Shown here: in pieces, positions 41,250 through 52,058 of the stretch | How the letters are laid out: every line of letters starts with the position of its first letter | Position numbering within the stretch: position 1 is the first letter of the stretch | Source of the DNA: an uncultured delta proteobacterium | GTDB taxonomy: Bacteria > Desulfobacterota > Binatia > Binatales > Binataceae | DNA: 64,000 nt | Assembly: GCA_963765675.1 (NCBI GenBank) | Contig: CAVXXK010000001.1 | Coordinates: 1,568,001-1,632,000, forward strand | Reading direction: 5' to 3' | Notes under the pieces: model-generated | The model's input: the letters and a program-made list of their open reading frames with translations, nothing else | Database searches by the model: none | What the model was told of the DNA's origin: nothing | Translations under genes and position numbers: made by a program

Positions 41250-43001
41250 CTATTCCCCGGCGAGCGCGCTGAGCAGCAGATCGATATCCGGAGTGCCGAG
41301 TCCCGACGCGCGATCGTAACCGACGGTCGCCTCAAATCCTTTTACCAGATGATCTTGGCCATTAGGTTTCGCAGTCTCCACGTTGTTGTTGCCTTGCGTA
41401 ACGTCGCGAATTCCGGCGCCGCCGTTCTTGTAGACTGAGTAGAGCGCGGCGTTCAGGTTTCCAACTCGCTGCTCGCCCTCGTGCTGCGCGAGAAGCTGCG
41501 CGATTCCGGCCCAATAGGGAGTACCAATACTGGTGCCGCCGATGCAGCAGGTCACTTGGCCACTACTTCCGAAGAAAAACCCGGGATTAGCGGGCGACGC
41601 CGCGAGTGACACGTCGGGAACTGCGCGTTTGCCGCCGATCCTGGGAATGCCCTTCTGGAATTGCGGTTTGGCAAAGATTCGGCTGTTGCCGCCGCCGGTG
41701 GCACCGTACTGATCGTTCCACACCGATTCGGCCACGCTGCCCACATCGACGCCGCCGGAGTAGTTCGGAGTGAACTGGGTCCCACCGACCGCCGTTACGT
41801 GCGGATCAGCGGAAAGCTCGTTTACGTTTCGTTTGGTGCCCTCGACGCAAGAGTCTGTGCTTTTGTCGAACGAGTATCCTGCCGCACCTCGATCGCCGGT
41901 AGCGACGAAGACCGATTGACCCTGGGCGGCCGCCTGTTGCAGGAACCCGTTCAGCTCGTTCGAATAGAATTTCTTCGCGCCGCCGCAAAAGCTGAAGCTG
42001 ATACTGATCGCGCCGCAGGTGTCGTCGCTAACCGCTTCCATACCAGCATCAACCAGGCCGTTGCCGTCGGGCGAGGTCGCGTTGTCGCCGATATATGCGA
42101 AGATCGGCACCCCGGGCGCCGCCGCATGCGCGTATTCGACGTCGAGCAGCGTCTCGGTTTCATCTGAGTTGAACGGATCGCCACCCTCGGAAGCGAGTTT
42201 GCGGGTCAGATCGATCGTCGGAAGGCCGAACTGCGTGTCGAAGGCTGCGACAGACGGATCGTCGAAGTCCGAGTCCTCGATTACGGCGATACAGTCTGCG
42301 CCCGAGCCGGTTTCGCTCGGAGTCTGGTCATAGAAGGTGTAAAGATCGTTCGGTCCAAAATGGGTGATGTCGCCGATAGTCACGTCGGGCGAGGCCGAGG
42401 CGGTGGGCACGTAGCGAACGTTCGGATGCGAACGCAAGATATTCGACAAGCCCCGAATCGAGCCGACCATCGGCGCGATAGAAGCTGGCACCGACGGGTC
42501 GCCCAGGTTGACGTAGAGCGCGCCGCTCGCGTTGGTATGAATCTTCACTTTGAAGGCCGATTCGGCCGACCCTGCTGCACCGCTGAATACGATCGCGCGT
42601 TTCGCAATGCTCGTGGACTCGATCTTGAAGCCTTTGCCCACAAGCCACGCGGCCACCGATGACATTTCCGCCTGGGTCGGGCCGAAGCGCGCGTTGAATT
42701 CGCCCGGCGCGAGCCATCGATGATACTGCGGCGAGGAAGGATCCTGCTGTGCCTCAATCAGTTTCTCGATCGCGCCAGGATTGTGCAGTGCGAGCGAGAT
42801 TTGCATCCGGAGGGTCTTCGACGCGGTGATCTCGGGACCGCTCGAGAAGTCTGCCGCTTCATCGGCGTGATTGCCGGCGATCGTCGTCGCCTGGTTAAGC
42901 GCGGTGGCCGACGCGGCGGTCTGTGCGCTCGCCGTGGATACTCCGGTTGCGGCCAACGCGAGAATTAAAGCCGCGCAATGAAGCTTTATCGTGTGCAACA
43001 T
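41250..43001 (-). CDS. S53 (sedolisin/kumamolisin) serine protease with pro-domain
   Basis: ETLLDVE, ATGD, GGTS; pro-domain SPQYHRWL...FGP; signal peptide. Confidence 0.92.
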   Translation of the reverse strand: MLHTIKLHCAALILALAATGVSTASAQTAASATALNQATTIAGNHADEAADFSSGPEITASKTLRMQISLALHNPGAIEKLIEAQQDPSSPQYHRWLAPGEFNARFGPTQAEMSSVAAWLVGKGFKIESTSIAKRAIVFSGAAGSAESAFKVKIHTNASGALYVNLGDPSVPASIAPMVGSIRGLSNILRSHPNVRYVPTASASPDVTIGDITHFGPNDLYTFYDQTPSETGSGADCIAVIEDSDFDDPSVAAFDTQFGLPTIDLTRKLASEGGDPFNSDETETLLDVEYAHAAAPGVPIFAYIGDNATSPDGNGLVDAGMEAVSDDTCGAISISFSFCGGAKKFYSNELNGFLQQAAAQGQSVFVATGDRGAAGYSFDKSTDSCVEGTKRNVNELSADPHVTAVGGTQFTPNYSGGVDVGSVAESVWNDQYGATGGGNSRIFAKPQFQKGIPRIGGKRAVPDVSLAASPANPGFFFGSSGQVTCCIGGTSIGTPYWAGIAQLLAQHEGEQRVGNLNAALYSVYKNGGAGIRDVTQGNNNVETAKPNGQDHLVKGFEATVGYDRASGLGTPDIDLLLSALAGE

Positions 43002-43073
43002 GGCTCCTGATCCCGAGTCAGTGAATATGGCTCCATCGTAACATCGATCACGATTCGGCAAGGATAAACTTGA

Positions 43074-44861
43074 CTAATGCGCAGCGATCGCACTGGTCAG
43101 ATTGTCGATATCAGGCGTTCCCAATCCTGAGCTGCGATCATAACCCACGGTCGCCTTGAACCCGGTCACATGATGGAACGTATTGATGCCTTTGGTGACG
43201 TCGCGGAATCCGGCGATCGAATAGAGGATAGGATTGAGCGGCCCGATACGGGTAACGCCCGCCTTCTGTGCTGCGAGCTGCGCGACTCCCGCCCAATACG
43301 GGGCCCCCATGCTGGTGCCTCCGATACAGCATGCGATTCCGCCTTGGTAGCCGAGAAAGAATCCTGGATGGAGCGGCGACGCGACCAGCGCTACGTCCGG
43401 CACGTCGCGATTCGCGTCGGTCGGGATGAGTCCGCTTTGGTAGGAAGGCTTCGGGAAGGCGCCGCTTTCTCCGCCGCCGCCCGAGCCGGTTTTGTCCTTC
43501 CATACGGATTCACGAGTGCTGCCGACGTCGTTGCCCTTCTTATAGTGCGGCGTGAATTGCGTTCCGCCGACCGCGGTGATGTTGGGATCGGCCGATAGCT
43601 CGCTGACATTGTGCGAAGTGCCGGCCACGCAGGCGTTGCCTTGCTTGTTGATGACATAGCCGGCCGCGCCAAAATCTCCCGACGACGCGAACACCGCTTG
43701 CCCCTGCGAGGCTGCATGCGCCGCGATCGAATCGATCTCGCCGGTATAGAACGTCGACGGCTCGCCGCAGAAACTGAAGCTGATGCTGATCGCGCCGCAG
43801 GTGTCGTCGTTCGCTGCCTGAATCCCCGCGTCCAGGACGCCGTTGCCGCTTTCCGATTCCGAATCATTGCCGATGTAGGCGTAGATCGCCACGCCGGGCG
43901 CGGCGGCATGCGCGTACTCGACGTCCAGCAGCGTTTCGATTGCGTCTCCGTTTTCTCCGGGGTTGCTTCCGTCGGGGAAGACGCGCACTGGGCTGAACGA
44001 TTCGACGCCGAACTCGCTATCGAACGCGTTCACCGATCCGTTGTCCAGGTCGGAATCCTCGAGCACGGCGATACAGTCTGTTCCGGCGCCGTTATTGGTC
44101 GAGCTGGTCGGCGGAGTCTCGTCATAGAACGTATAGAGATCATTGGGGCCAAAATGGGTCCTGAGCTTTCCGATCTTCGCGTCAGGCAACTTCGCAAAGT
44201 CGGGCGAGACCTGGACCGCAGGTTGCGCGTGCGCGAGGTTCGACAAGCCTCGGATCGACGCGACCATCGGCGCAATCGATTTCGGCACAACTGGATCGTT
44301 CAGGTTGGTGTATCTTTTCTGGGTCGAATCGGTATGAATCGTGACGCCAAACGCAGACTCGGCGCTTGCCGCCGGGCCTGAAAAAACAACTTTGCGCAGC
44401 GGGAGGCTCTGCGACTCGACCGTGAAACCCTGGCTGCTCAGCCACGAGCTTACTGCGGCAATATCAGACTGCGTGGGACCGAAGCGGGCGCTGAATTCAG
44501 CCGGAGTGAGCCACTGATGGTATTGCGGCGATGTGCGATCTTGTTGTGCGGCGATAAGTTGGTCGAGTGCGGCGCGATTATGCAGCGCAAGCATCACCGC
44601 CATCCGCAATGGTTGCGTGGAGGCAATCTCAGGACCTGCTGCGAAGTCTGCGCCTTCTGCGGGATGATTCCCGGCGATCGAGACCTTCGCTTCTCCGGCC
44701 GTCGCATCGTTCGTCGACGCGGTGGCTGCGGCGGCGGAGTCTTGCGCTCGCGCGGGGGATACGCCCGCGATTGCGAACGTGAGCGAGATCGCCGCCGTCA
44801 TTGCGCTGATTCGGCGGGCGATTCTCTGTTTGTTCGCCTTCTCAGTTGACTTTGGTTCCAT
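43074..44861 (-). CDS. S53 (sedolisin) serine protease, tandem paralog
   Basis: ETLLDVE, SSGD, GGTS; clear similarity to the neighbour; start approximate. Confidence 0.92.
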   Translation of the reverse strand: MEPKSTEKANKQRIARRISAMTAAISLTFAIAGVSPARAQDSAAAATASTNDATAGEAKVSIAGNHPAEGADFAAGPEIASTQPLRMAVMLALHNRAALDQLIAAQQDRTSPQYHQWLTPAEFSARFGPTQSDIAAVSSWLSSQGFTVESQSLPLRKVVFSGPAASAESAFGVTIHTDSTQKRYTNLNDPVVPKSIAPMVASIRGLSNLAHAQPAVQVSPDFAKLPDAKIGKLRTHFGPNDLYTFYDETPPTSSTNNGAGTDCIAVLEDSDLDNGSVNAFDSEFGVESFSPVRVFPDGSNPGENGDAIETLLDVEYAHAAAPGVAIYAYIGNDSESESGNGVLDAGIQAANDDTCGAISISFSFCGEPSTFYTGEIDSIAAHAASQGQAVFASSGDFGAAGYVINKQGNACVAGTSHNVSELSADPNITAVGGTQFTPHYKKGNDVGSTRESVWKDKTGSGGGGESGAFPKPSYQSGLIPTDANRDVPDVALVASPLHPGFFLGYQGGIACCIGGTSMGAPYWAGVAQLAAQKAGVTRIGPLNPILYSIAGFRDVTKGINTFHHVTGFKATVGYDRSSGLGTPDIDNLTSAIAAH

Positions 44862-45004
44862 CACGCCCCTATTGGACACCTCTAAACCCAAACCCACCGC
44901 GAGCCAGCCGGATTTGAAGATTTGCCGTTTCACACGCTAATCGCGGGTTAGACGTATCCTCACACGCAGGCATTCATCCACGCCTCTTTTATACACTATG
45001 TTGG

Positions 45005-47128
45005 TTATCGTGACAATTTGTCGGTAGAAGCGGCCGCCTCCAGTTGCGTCTTCAGCGCGCGTGCCGCGGCATTGCCCGGCTGAATCGCGAGCGCCTGCTT
45101 GCACTGCGCCAGAGCCTCGCGATCGCGGCCCTGCGCGTGCAGGCTCTGCGCCAGCATCGTATGAAGTAGTGGATTGTCAGGTGAGACGGCGAGAGCTCGC
45201 TGATACTCGGCGATCGCGCCCTCATGATTGCCTTGCAAGTCCATCACCGAACCCAGCGACGCGATCACCTGCACCGACGGATCCCTCGCCGCGACTTCGC
45301 GGAGCAGCGTTTCCGCGCCTGCGTAGTCGTGATGCTCGGCCATGAACGTAGCGCGCAGGTAGGCCGCGGAATTGGCGCTTTTGGGGTCGGCCTCCGCGAC
45401 CTTAATCGCGGCCTCGGCACCAGCGGTGTCGCCGGCCTTGTCCGCGACGCGCGCCAGCTCGAGGTCGAAGACCATCGGCACCTGGTTGCCAAGCATCTTG
45501 AGCGCCCGACCCATCTCGACGTCGGCTTCCTTGTAATGACCTTGCGCCGCATGCAGCCGGCCGAGGTTGTACAGGTCGGGCCCGTCATCGGGATTGAGTT
45601 CGATATCGGTGCGGAACTCACGTTCCGCTCCCGGCCAGTCGTGCTGCTTCTCGAGCAGCATCCCGAGCCGTCCGTGGCATAGCGTCGAGCTCGGATCCTC
45701 CTGGATACATTTGGTGAAGAGGGTGTATTCGTCGTGGTAATAGCCTTCGGTATGCCAGGTAGCAGCGCCGTACACCGCGATCACCGTCACCGCGATCGCG
45801 GTCGCCAGATTGCGCGTGTCGCCGCCGCGGGCGGCATAGCTGGCCGCGATATCACCGAGCAGCAGCACCCATCCGAACGCCGCCAGGTATTCGTAGCGGT
45901 CCTGGATCAGCATCACGCGCATCAGTCCGCCAAGATTCATCACCGGCGCAATCTCGAACAGCATCCATAGCACGAGGAAGAAATACAGCCGGCGATGCGG
46001 ATGCGTCCGCAGCAGGAGATAGCCCGCAATCGCAAGCGCGGCGAGTCCAATGACGGGCAGATAAAAGAGTCGCGAGCGCAGGCTGGTGGCGAAGGTGAAG
46101 GCGTGCGCGGGTCCCGCGATCCACGGCACCGTCAGCATCACGGCGTAATGCGCCAGCGCCGACGGGATCGACATCAGGACCTGTGGAAGGGTCGCGGTGT
46201 TGCCGGGCGAGTGGCCATTGATATGGCCCAATACCGCGATCCGAAGCGCGAGATAGATCGCCGCGAGCACGAGGTAGGGAGCAGTCTTCCATACGGCGTC
46301 GGCGGCGCGCCCGACGAGCTCGCGAAGCTCGGTCTTGCGAGGAGGTTGATCCGGCGGCGCGTCTTCAAGGATGAACACATACGCGATCAGCAATCCCGGC
46401 ATCATCACGGCTAGCTCGTGGCTCAGCAGTCCTCCGACAAACAGGGCAAGTGAAATCGAGAGGTTTCGGGCCGGCGCGCGTTTGCGTTCGATAAAAAACC
46501 ACATCGAGCCGAGGTAGAACGCCGCGACCATCGGAAATGGAATCGCGCACGGCCACGCCGCCGCCTGCACTCCGATCGGCAGCACGCCAAAGAGAGTCGC
46601 GCCCGCGCACGAGGCGTAGCGGCTCTTCGTCAGCGAGAGTCCCACCTGGTAGAGCGCATAGACCGCGATCAGATGGGTCAGCACGATCGAGATGTGCCAT
46701 CCGACCGGATTGAACCCGAACATCTGGTAATTCAGCCCGAGCCACACATCCTGCAGTGGGCGGTAGTAGTTGCTCTTGGGGAAGGTGCCGTTGGGCCGAA
46801 ACCACCACAGGTCATGCCCGAACGACTTCCAGATGAACGACCACTGGCTGATGAGCGGGTTCAGGTCGATCATCTCGTGGTCGTCGTAAACGAACGCGTT
46901 GCCGAAGCATCGCAGATACACCAGCAAGGTGACGCCGACGGCGATCCACGGTGCGAGCGCCGGAGAGTCGAGGATCGAGCCGCGTACTGAGGCCGGCGCG
47001 GCGGTGCGCGGCGGCCGCGCGGGAGAAACCGGCGGCTGCTCGCGCCGCGAGCCTTTTGCCGATGCGCCCCGAGCAGCGCGCTTTTTCGATTTCGATGCCA
47101 AGCCGAAATAATCTAACGGATTGATCAC
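45005..47128 (-). CDS. Multi-pass membrane protein with C-terminal TPRs (TMTC-like GT-C candidate)
   Basis: FVYDD, YYRPL, DRYEYL, many TM segments followed by TPR repeats. Confidence 0.78.
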   Translation of the reverse strand: MINPLDYFGLASKSKKRAARGASAKGSRREQPPVSPARPPRTAAPASVRGSILDSPALAPWIAVGVTLLVYLRCFGNAFVYDDHEMIDLNPLISQWSFIWKSFGHDLWWFRPNGTFPKSNYYRPLQDVWLGLNYQMFGFNPVGWHISIVLTHLIAVYALYQVGLSLTKSRYASCAGATLFGVLPIGVQAAAWPCAIPFPMVAAFYLGSMWFFIERKRAPARNLSISLALFVGGLLSHELAVMMPGLLIAYVFILEDAPPDQPPRKTELRELVGRAADAVWKTAPYLVLAAIYLALRIAVLGHINGHSPGNTATLPQVLMSIPSALAHYAVMLTVPWIAGPAHAFTFATSLRSRLFYLPVIGLAALAIAGYLLLRTHPHRRLYFFLVLWMLFEIAPVMNLGGLMRVMLIQDRYEYLAAFGWVLLLGDIAASYAARGGDTRNLATAIAVTVIAVYGAATWHTEGYYHDEYTLFTKCIQEDPSSTLCHGRLGMLLEKQHDWPGAEREFRTDIELNPDDGPDLYNLGRLHAAQGHYKEADVEMGRALKMLGNQVPMVFDLELARVADKAGDTAGAEAAIKVAEADPKSANSAAYLRATFMAEHHDYAGAETLLREVAARDPSVQVIASLGSVMDLQGNHEGAIAEYQRALAVSPDNPLLHTMLAQSLHAQGRDREALAQCKQALAIQPGNAAARALKTQLEAAASTDKLSR

Positions 47129-47218
47129 TCCGCGCGAAACAGGCCTTGATTTTCTTCAACCCGCAGCCATTCTTCGTGCGTTGACACGAGAAGGCGGGGG
47201 CCGGAGAATCATCATCAA

Positions 47219-47416
47219 ATGGCCAGAATTACAGTAGAGGATTGCCTCGATAATATTCCCAACCGTTTCGAGCTGGTGCTGAGCGGCGCACGCCGCGCCA
47301 AGCAGCTCCTAAAGGGCGCGCGTCCGCTGGTCGAAAGCGACAACAAGGAAGTTGTGACCGCGCTGCGCGAAATCGCGGCCGGCAAAGTCACGATCGAAGC
47401 GCCCAGCGAAGGATAG
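47219..47416 (+). CDS. rpoZ: RNA polymerase omega subunit
   Basis: [28 protein letters not shown]. Confidence 0.96.
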   Translation: MARITVEDCLDNIPNRFELVLSGARRAKQLLKGARPLVESDNKEVVTALREIAAGKVTIEAPSEG

Positions 47417-47517
47417 CGCGTTTCCGTTTCACGCCTACGCGTGAACTCCGTCAAGCTATGCTCCGCCCCTGAGAGAGAAACGCCCGGGACTGATCTCCGC
47501 AGGCCGGAATAATTCCG

Positions 47518-48633
<1,116 letters not shown>

Positions 48634-48656
48634 CCGGTCTTCGTTAGAGCGCTGAG

Positions 48657-48921
48657 TGTCCCTCTCCCAAAAGATTGGGAGAGGGTGGCGCGCGCTGCGC
48701 GCGTCGGGTGAGGGACCGACAGCGAGACTCTTTTTCCAATTCGACCGCGGCGCGAGCAATCCAAAGCGAATCTTCGAACGTTCTGTGCCGAGGGGTTCGC
48801 GTGATCGTCGGGCACCAAGCGCAGATTCTGATTCTGTAGGTCCCTCACCCGCGCGTCACGGCGATTGCTAAAAAGAGCAATCGCCGCGCCGCTTGCCCTC
48901 TCCCAATCTGGGAGAGGGACA
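48657..48921. mobile_element. Gene-less (MITE-like) copy of the DUF559 cassette arms
   Basis: Both arms nearly identical to those of 38708-39241; 12-bp terminal IR TGTCCCTCTCCC; about 110 bp of unrelated interior. Confidence 0.7.
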
Positions 48922-48940
48922 ATCCGCAACGAATCAGCGA

Positions 48941-49759
48941 TCAATCCAGCGGCACCACTTTCTCTACCTTGGCGCCTGAATCCAGATGAATCCCCGGCGC
49001 GAGCGCGGTCGAGCGGCCCTTGCCCGAGCCGTTCTCGACGTAGACATCGTAGTCGCCCGGATCGAGCTTGAATTGATGCGACGCTCCGGGTGCGCTCTGC
49101 GCAACCTGGCTCTGGGAGCCCGCACGCAGCACGATCACGCGGGTCGCGCTGTCGATTGGGAGCTTCTGCAAAGTGGTCTGCACGTCCAGCTCCGCCGGCA
49201 CGACCTGGTCGAGCGTCAATCGCGCGCGCTCGGCGGGACGCAGCGCTACCGCGTGCCAATCGTAACCCTGCGGGGGCGCGTCGACGTGCACGTCCACCAG
49301 TTGCGGCGCGAACAGATATTTTTCGCCGGTCAAAAAGCTCGCGACCTTCGCGTGCGGAGGATCGCTCGCCGTCACCGTGACGCCAAGCCCCGCATCCTTG
49401 CCGTGCTTGTCGGTCACGTCCACTTCCATCACGGCCACGTTGGCGATCATCACGGTATGCGTGCGCCCCGATTCGATCTTGACGTCATCCTTAGTGACGC
49501 TGCCGCCGACGATCGGAAGCACCAGCCTATAGGAGCCGGGCGCAAGCGCGATCGATGAGCCCGGCCGCACCTCGCCAACTGTCTTGCCGCCCGGCGCTAT
49601 CACCTGCGCGGCGTTAACGGCGCCCGCTCCCTTCTCGCCCATCACGTCGAGCTTCAAAAGGCCGGTGTCGGCGCCGAGCGCCGCGCTCGCGACGGCGAAA
49701 GCGAGCGCGAATGCGAGCGTCGCGGATCGCATGAGAGCAATCGATCTCATTCTGCCCAC
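48941..49759 (-). CDS. Secreted hypothetical beta-rich protein
   Basis: Signal peptide; repeated LAPGSY / LDPGDYDV segments; start uncertain. Confidence 0.65.
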   Translation of the reverse strand: MGRMRSIALMRSATLAFALAFAVASAALGADTGLLKLDVMGEKGAGAVNAAQVIAPGGKTVGEVRPGSSIALAPGSYRLVLPIVGGSVTKDDVKIESGRTHTVMIANVAVMEVDVTDKHGKDAGLGVTVTASDPPHAKVASFLTGEKYLFAPQLVDVHVDAPPQGYDWHAVALRPAERARLTLDQVVPAELDVQTTLQKLPIDSATRVIVLRAGSQSQVAQSAPGASHQFKLDPGDYDVYVENGSGKGRSTALAPGIHLDSGAKVEKVVPLD

Positions 49760-49851
49760 AATATGCGGATCTTATGATGCCGAAAACCGCCGCGAGGCTT
49801 GCCCGCGTGCCGCGCCCCGCGTTACAAGCGCGATCGTGAGGTGAGCCGCCG

Positions 49852-51588
49852 ATGCCGCGAATAGTCGTCGAGAAAAATATCGCCGTGCCGATGCGCGACG
49901 GCACTGTCCTGCGCGCCGATCTTTATCGCGCCGACACGCCCGAGAAACTTCCCGTGCTGCTAAACCGCACGCCGTACAACAAGTCGATGCCGATGGTGTT
50001 TGCGATGACCCTCGACGCGTTTCGCGCCGCCGAGGCCGGCTACAACGTCCTGGTGCAGGATTGCCGCGGCCGCTTCGCCTCCGACGGCGTCTTCAATTGC
50101 TTCACCGACGAAGCGCGCGACGGCTACGACACGATCGAGTGGGCCGCCCGCCAGCCGTGGGCCGATGGAAAAGTCGGCACCTACGGCGCGTCGTACATGG
50201 GCGCGACGCAGTGGCTCGCCGCCACGCAGACGCCGCCTTCCCTTAAAGCGATGGTCCCGTCGATCACCGCGAGCGATTATCACGACGGATGGACTTACCA
50301 GGGCGGCGCGTTCGCGCTGTTCTTCAACGTGTCGTGGACGATGGGAGCGCTCGCGCCGGTGCGGCTTTTGCGCGAACGCGCGAAGAATCCCGCGGTGACG
50401 GAAGAGCTCATCCGCACCGTCGGATCGATCGACACGATGCTCGAGGCGATGAAGCATCGCCCGCTCGCCGAGTTCCCGATCTTCCGCGCGGGAGCGCCGT
50501 ACTTTTTCGATTGGCTCAAGCATCCAGCGTACGACGACTACTGGCGCGCGCTATCGATCGAAGAGAATCACACGAAGATAAATGTTCCCGCGCTGAATAT
50601 CGGCGGATGGTACGACATCTTTCAGGGCGGAACGATTCGCAACTACCTTGGGATGCGCTCGCACGGAGCGAGCGACGCGGCGCGCACCGGACAGCGGCTA
50701 ATGATCGGGCCGTGGAACCATGCGGTGCCGTTTGCCAACCTGGTTGGCGCGGTGGACTTCGGCTACCAGACGGGAGCGGTCTCCGCCGATATCGACGGAC
50801 AGCAACTGCGCTTCTTCGATCAGCATCTGAAGGGCAAAGACGTTTCGCAAACCTCGAACGTGCGGCTGTTCGTGATGGGAATAAATCAGTGGCGCGACGA
50901 AAGCGCATGGCCGATTCCCGGCACCGAGATGTGCCGCTACTTTCTTCGTAGCCGCGGGCGCGCCAACTCCGCCGCCGGCGACGGCGCGCTCTCGACTGAA
51001 GCGCCGGGTTCCGAGCCCGCCGATTCGTTCCTCTACAATCCTCTCGATCCAGCGCCGACCGCGGGCGGTGGACTGTGTTGCTATCCTGCCGCGCTCTCCG
51101 GCGGCGCGTTCGATCAGGCCGCGGTCGAGACACGCTCCGACGTGCTGGTCTATTCGACCGAGCCGCTAGCCGAGGATCTGGAGGTGATCGGGCCGATCAC
51201 GCTGACGCTCTATGCGTCGTCGTCGGCGCCGGACACCGACTTCACCGCGAAGCTGGTTGACCTCGGACCGTGCGGACTCGCGAAAAATCTGACCGATGGG
51301 ATCATTCGCGCGCGCTATCGCGAATCGCAGTCGCAGGCGAAGCTGCTTACTCCCGGCAAGGTCGTCGAGTTCAAGATCGATATGTGGAGCACCGCCAACG
51401 TGTTCAAAGCGGGCCATCGGATACGGCTCGAAATCAGTTCGTCGAACTATCCGCGCTTCGATCCGAACCCGAACACCGGGCACGATCTGTTCACCGACGC
51501 CGAGGTGCAACCCGCGATGCAGACGGTGATGCACGATCGCGGCTTCGCGTCGCATCTGATGCTGCCGGTCGTTCCCTCGCGCCATTAG
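49852..51588 (+). CDS. CocE/NonD family hydrolase
   Basis: VPMRDG..LRAD, GASYMG nucleophile elbow, GGWYD, IGPWNH. Confidence 0.93.
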   Translation: MPRIVVEKNIAVPMRDGTVLRADLYRADTPEKLPVLLNRTPYNKSMPMVFAMTLDAFRAAEAGYNVLVQDCRGRFASDGVFNCFTDEARDGYDTIEWAARQPWADGKVGTYGASYMGATQWLAATQTPPSLKAMVPSITASDYHDGWTYQGGAFALFFNVSWTMGALAPVRLLRERAKNPAVTEELIRTVGSIDTMLEAMKHRPLAEFPIFRAGAPYFFDWLKHPAYDDYWRALSIEENHTKINVPALNIGGWYDIFQGGTIRNYLGMRSHGASDAARTGQRLMIGPWNHAVPFANLVGAVDFGYQTGAVSADIDGQQLRFFDQHLKGKDVSQTSNVRLFVMGINQWRDESAWPIPGTEMCRYFLRSRGRANSAAGDGALSTEAPGSEPADSFLYNPLDPAPTAGGGLCCYPAALSGGAFDQAAVETRSDVLVYSTEPLAEDLEVIGPITLTLYASSSAPDTDFTAKLVDLGPCGLAKNLTDGIIRARYRESQSQAKLLTPGKVVEFKIDMWSTANVFKAGHRIRLEISSSNYPRFDPNPNTGHDLFTDAEVQPAMQTVMHDRGFASHLMLPVVPSRH

Positions 51589-51643
51589 CCGCGATAGTTT
51601 GCGGGTGAGCTGTCCGCAAGAACCTTCCGCTACCGAGGTCCCG

Positions 51644-52018
51644 ATGCCAGAGAAATCTCCGAGCGCCGGCGTGATCGAATGGAAAACCGCGTGGGAGTCG
51701 CGCGATGCGGCGCGCGTCGCCGCGATGTACTCGCCGGCGGGTCGCCATTCGAGCTCGATGATCGCGTCGCTGTGGCCGGAACTTGGACGCACGGTTCTGA
51801 TCGGGCGCGACGAGATTCGCGCCTACGCCGTACGCGGTCTCGAGCGTTTCACCGAGTTGCGCTTCGAGCTTGTGACCGTGACCGAAGCGGATGGACGCGC
51901 CGCCGTCGAGTATCGCCGCCATTCCAACCTTGACCCCGCGAATCCCAGGCACGTGCTGGAGCTGATCGAATGGGACGCGGACGGGCTGATATCCTCGTGC
52001 CGCGTTTTCCACTTCTAG
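51644..52018 (+). CDS. SnoaL-like/NTF2 family protein
   Basis: WKTAWESRD...MY, GRDEIRAY, LRFEL. Confidence 0.75.
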   Translation: MPEKSPSAGVIEWKTAWESRDAARVAAMYSPAGRHSSSMIASLWPELGRTVLIGRDEIRAYAVRGLERFTELRFELVTVTEADGRAAVEYRRHSNLDPANPRHVLELIEWDADGLISSCRVFHF

Positions 52019-52058
52019 TTGGCCGTACGATGCGATCGGATCTTAGAGATAGATCCCG

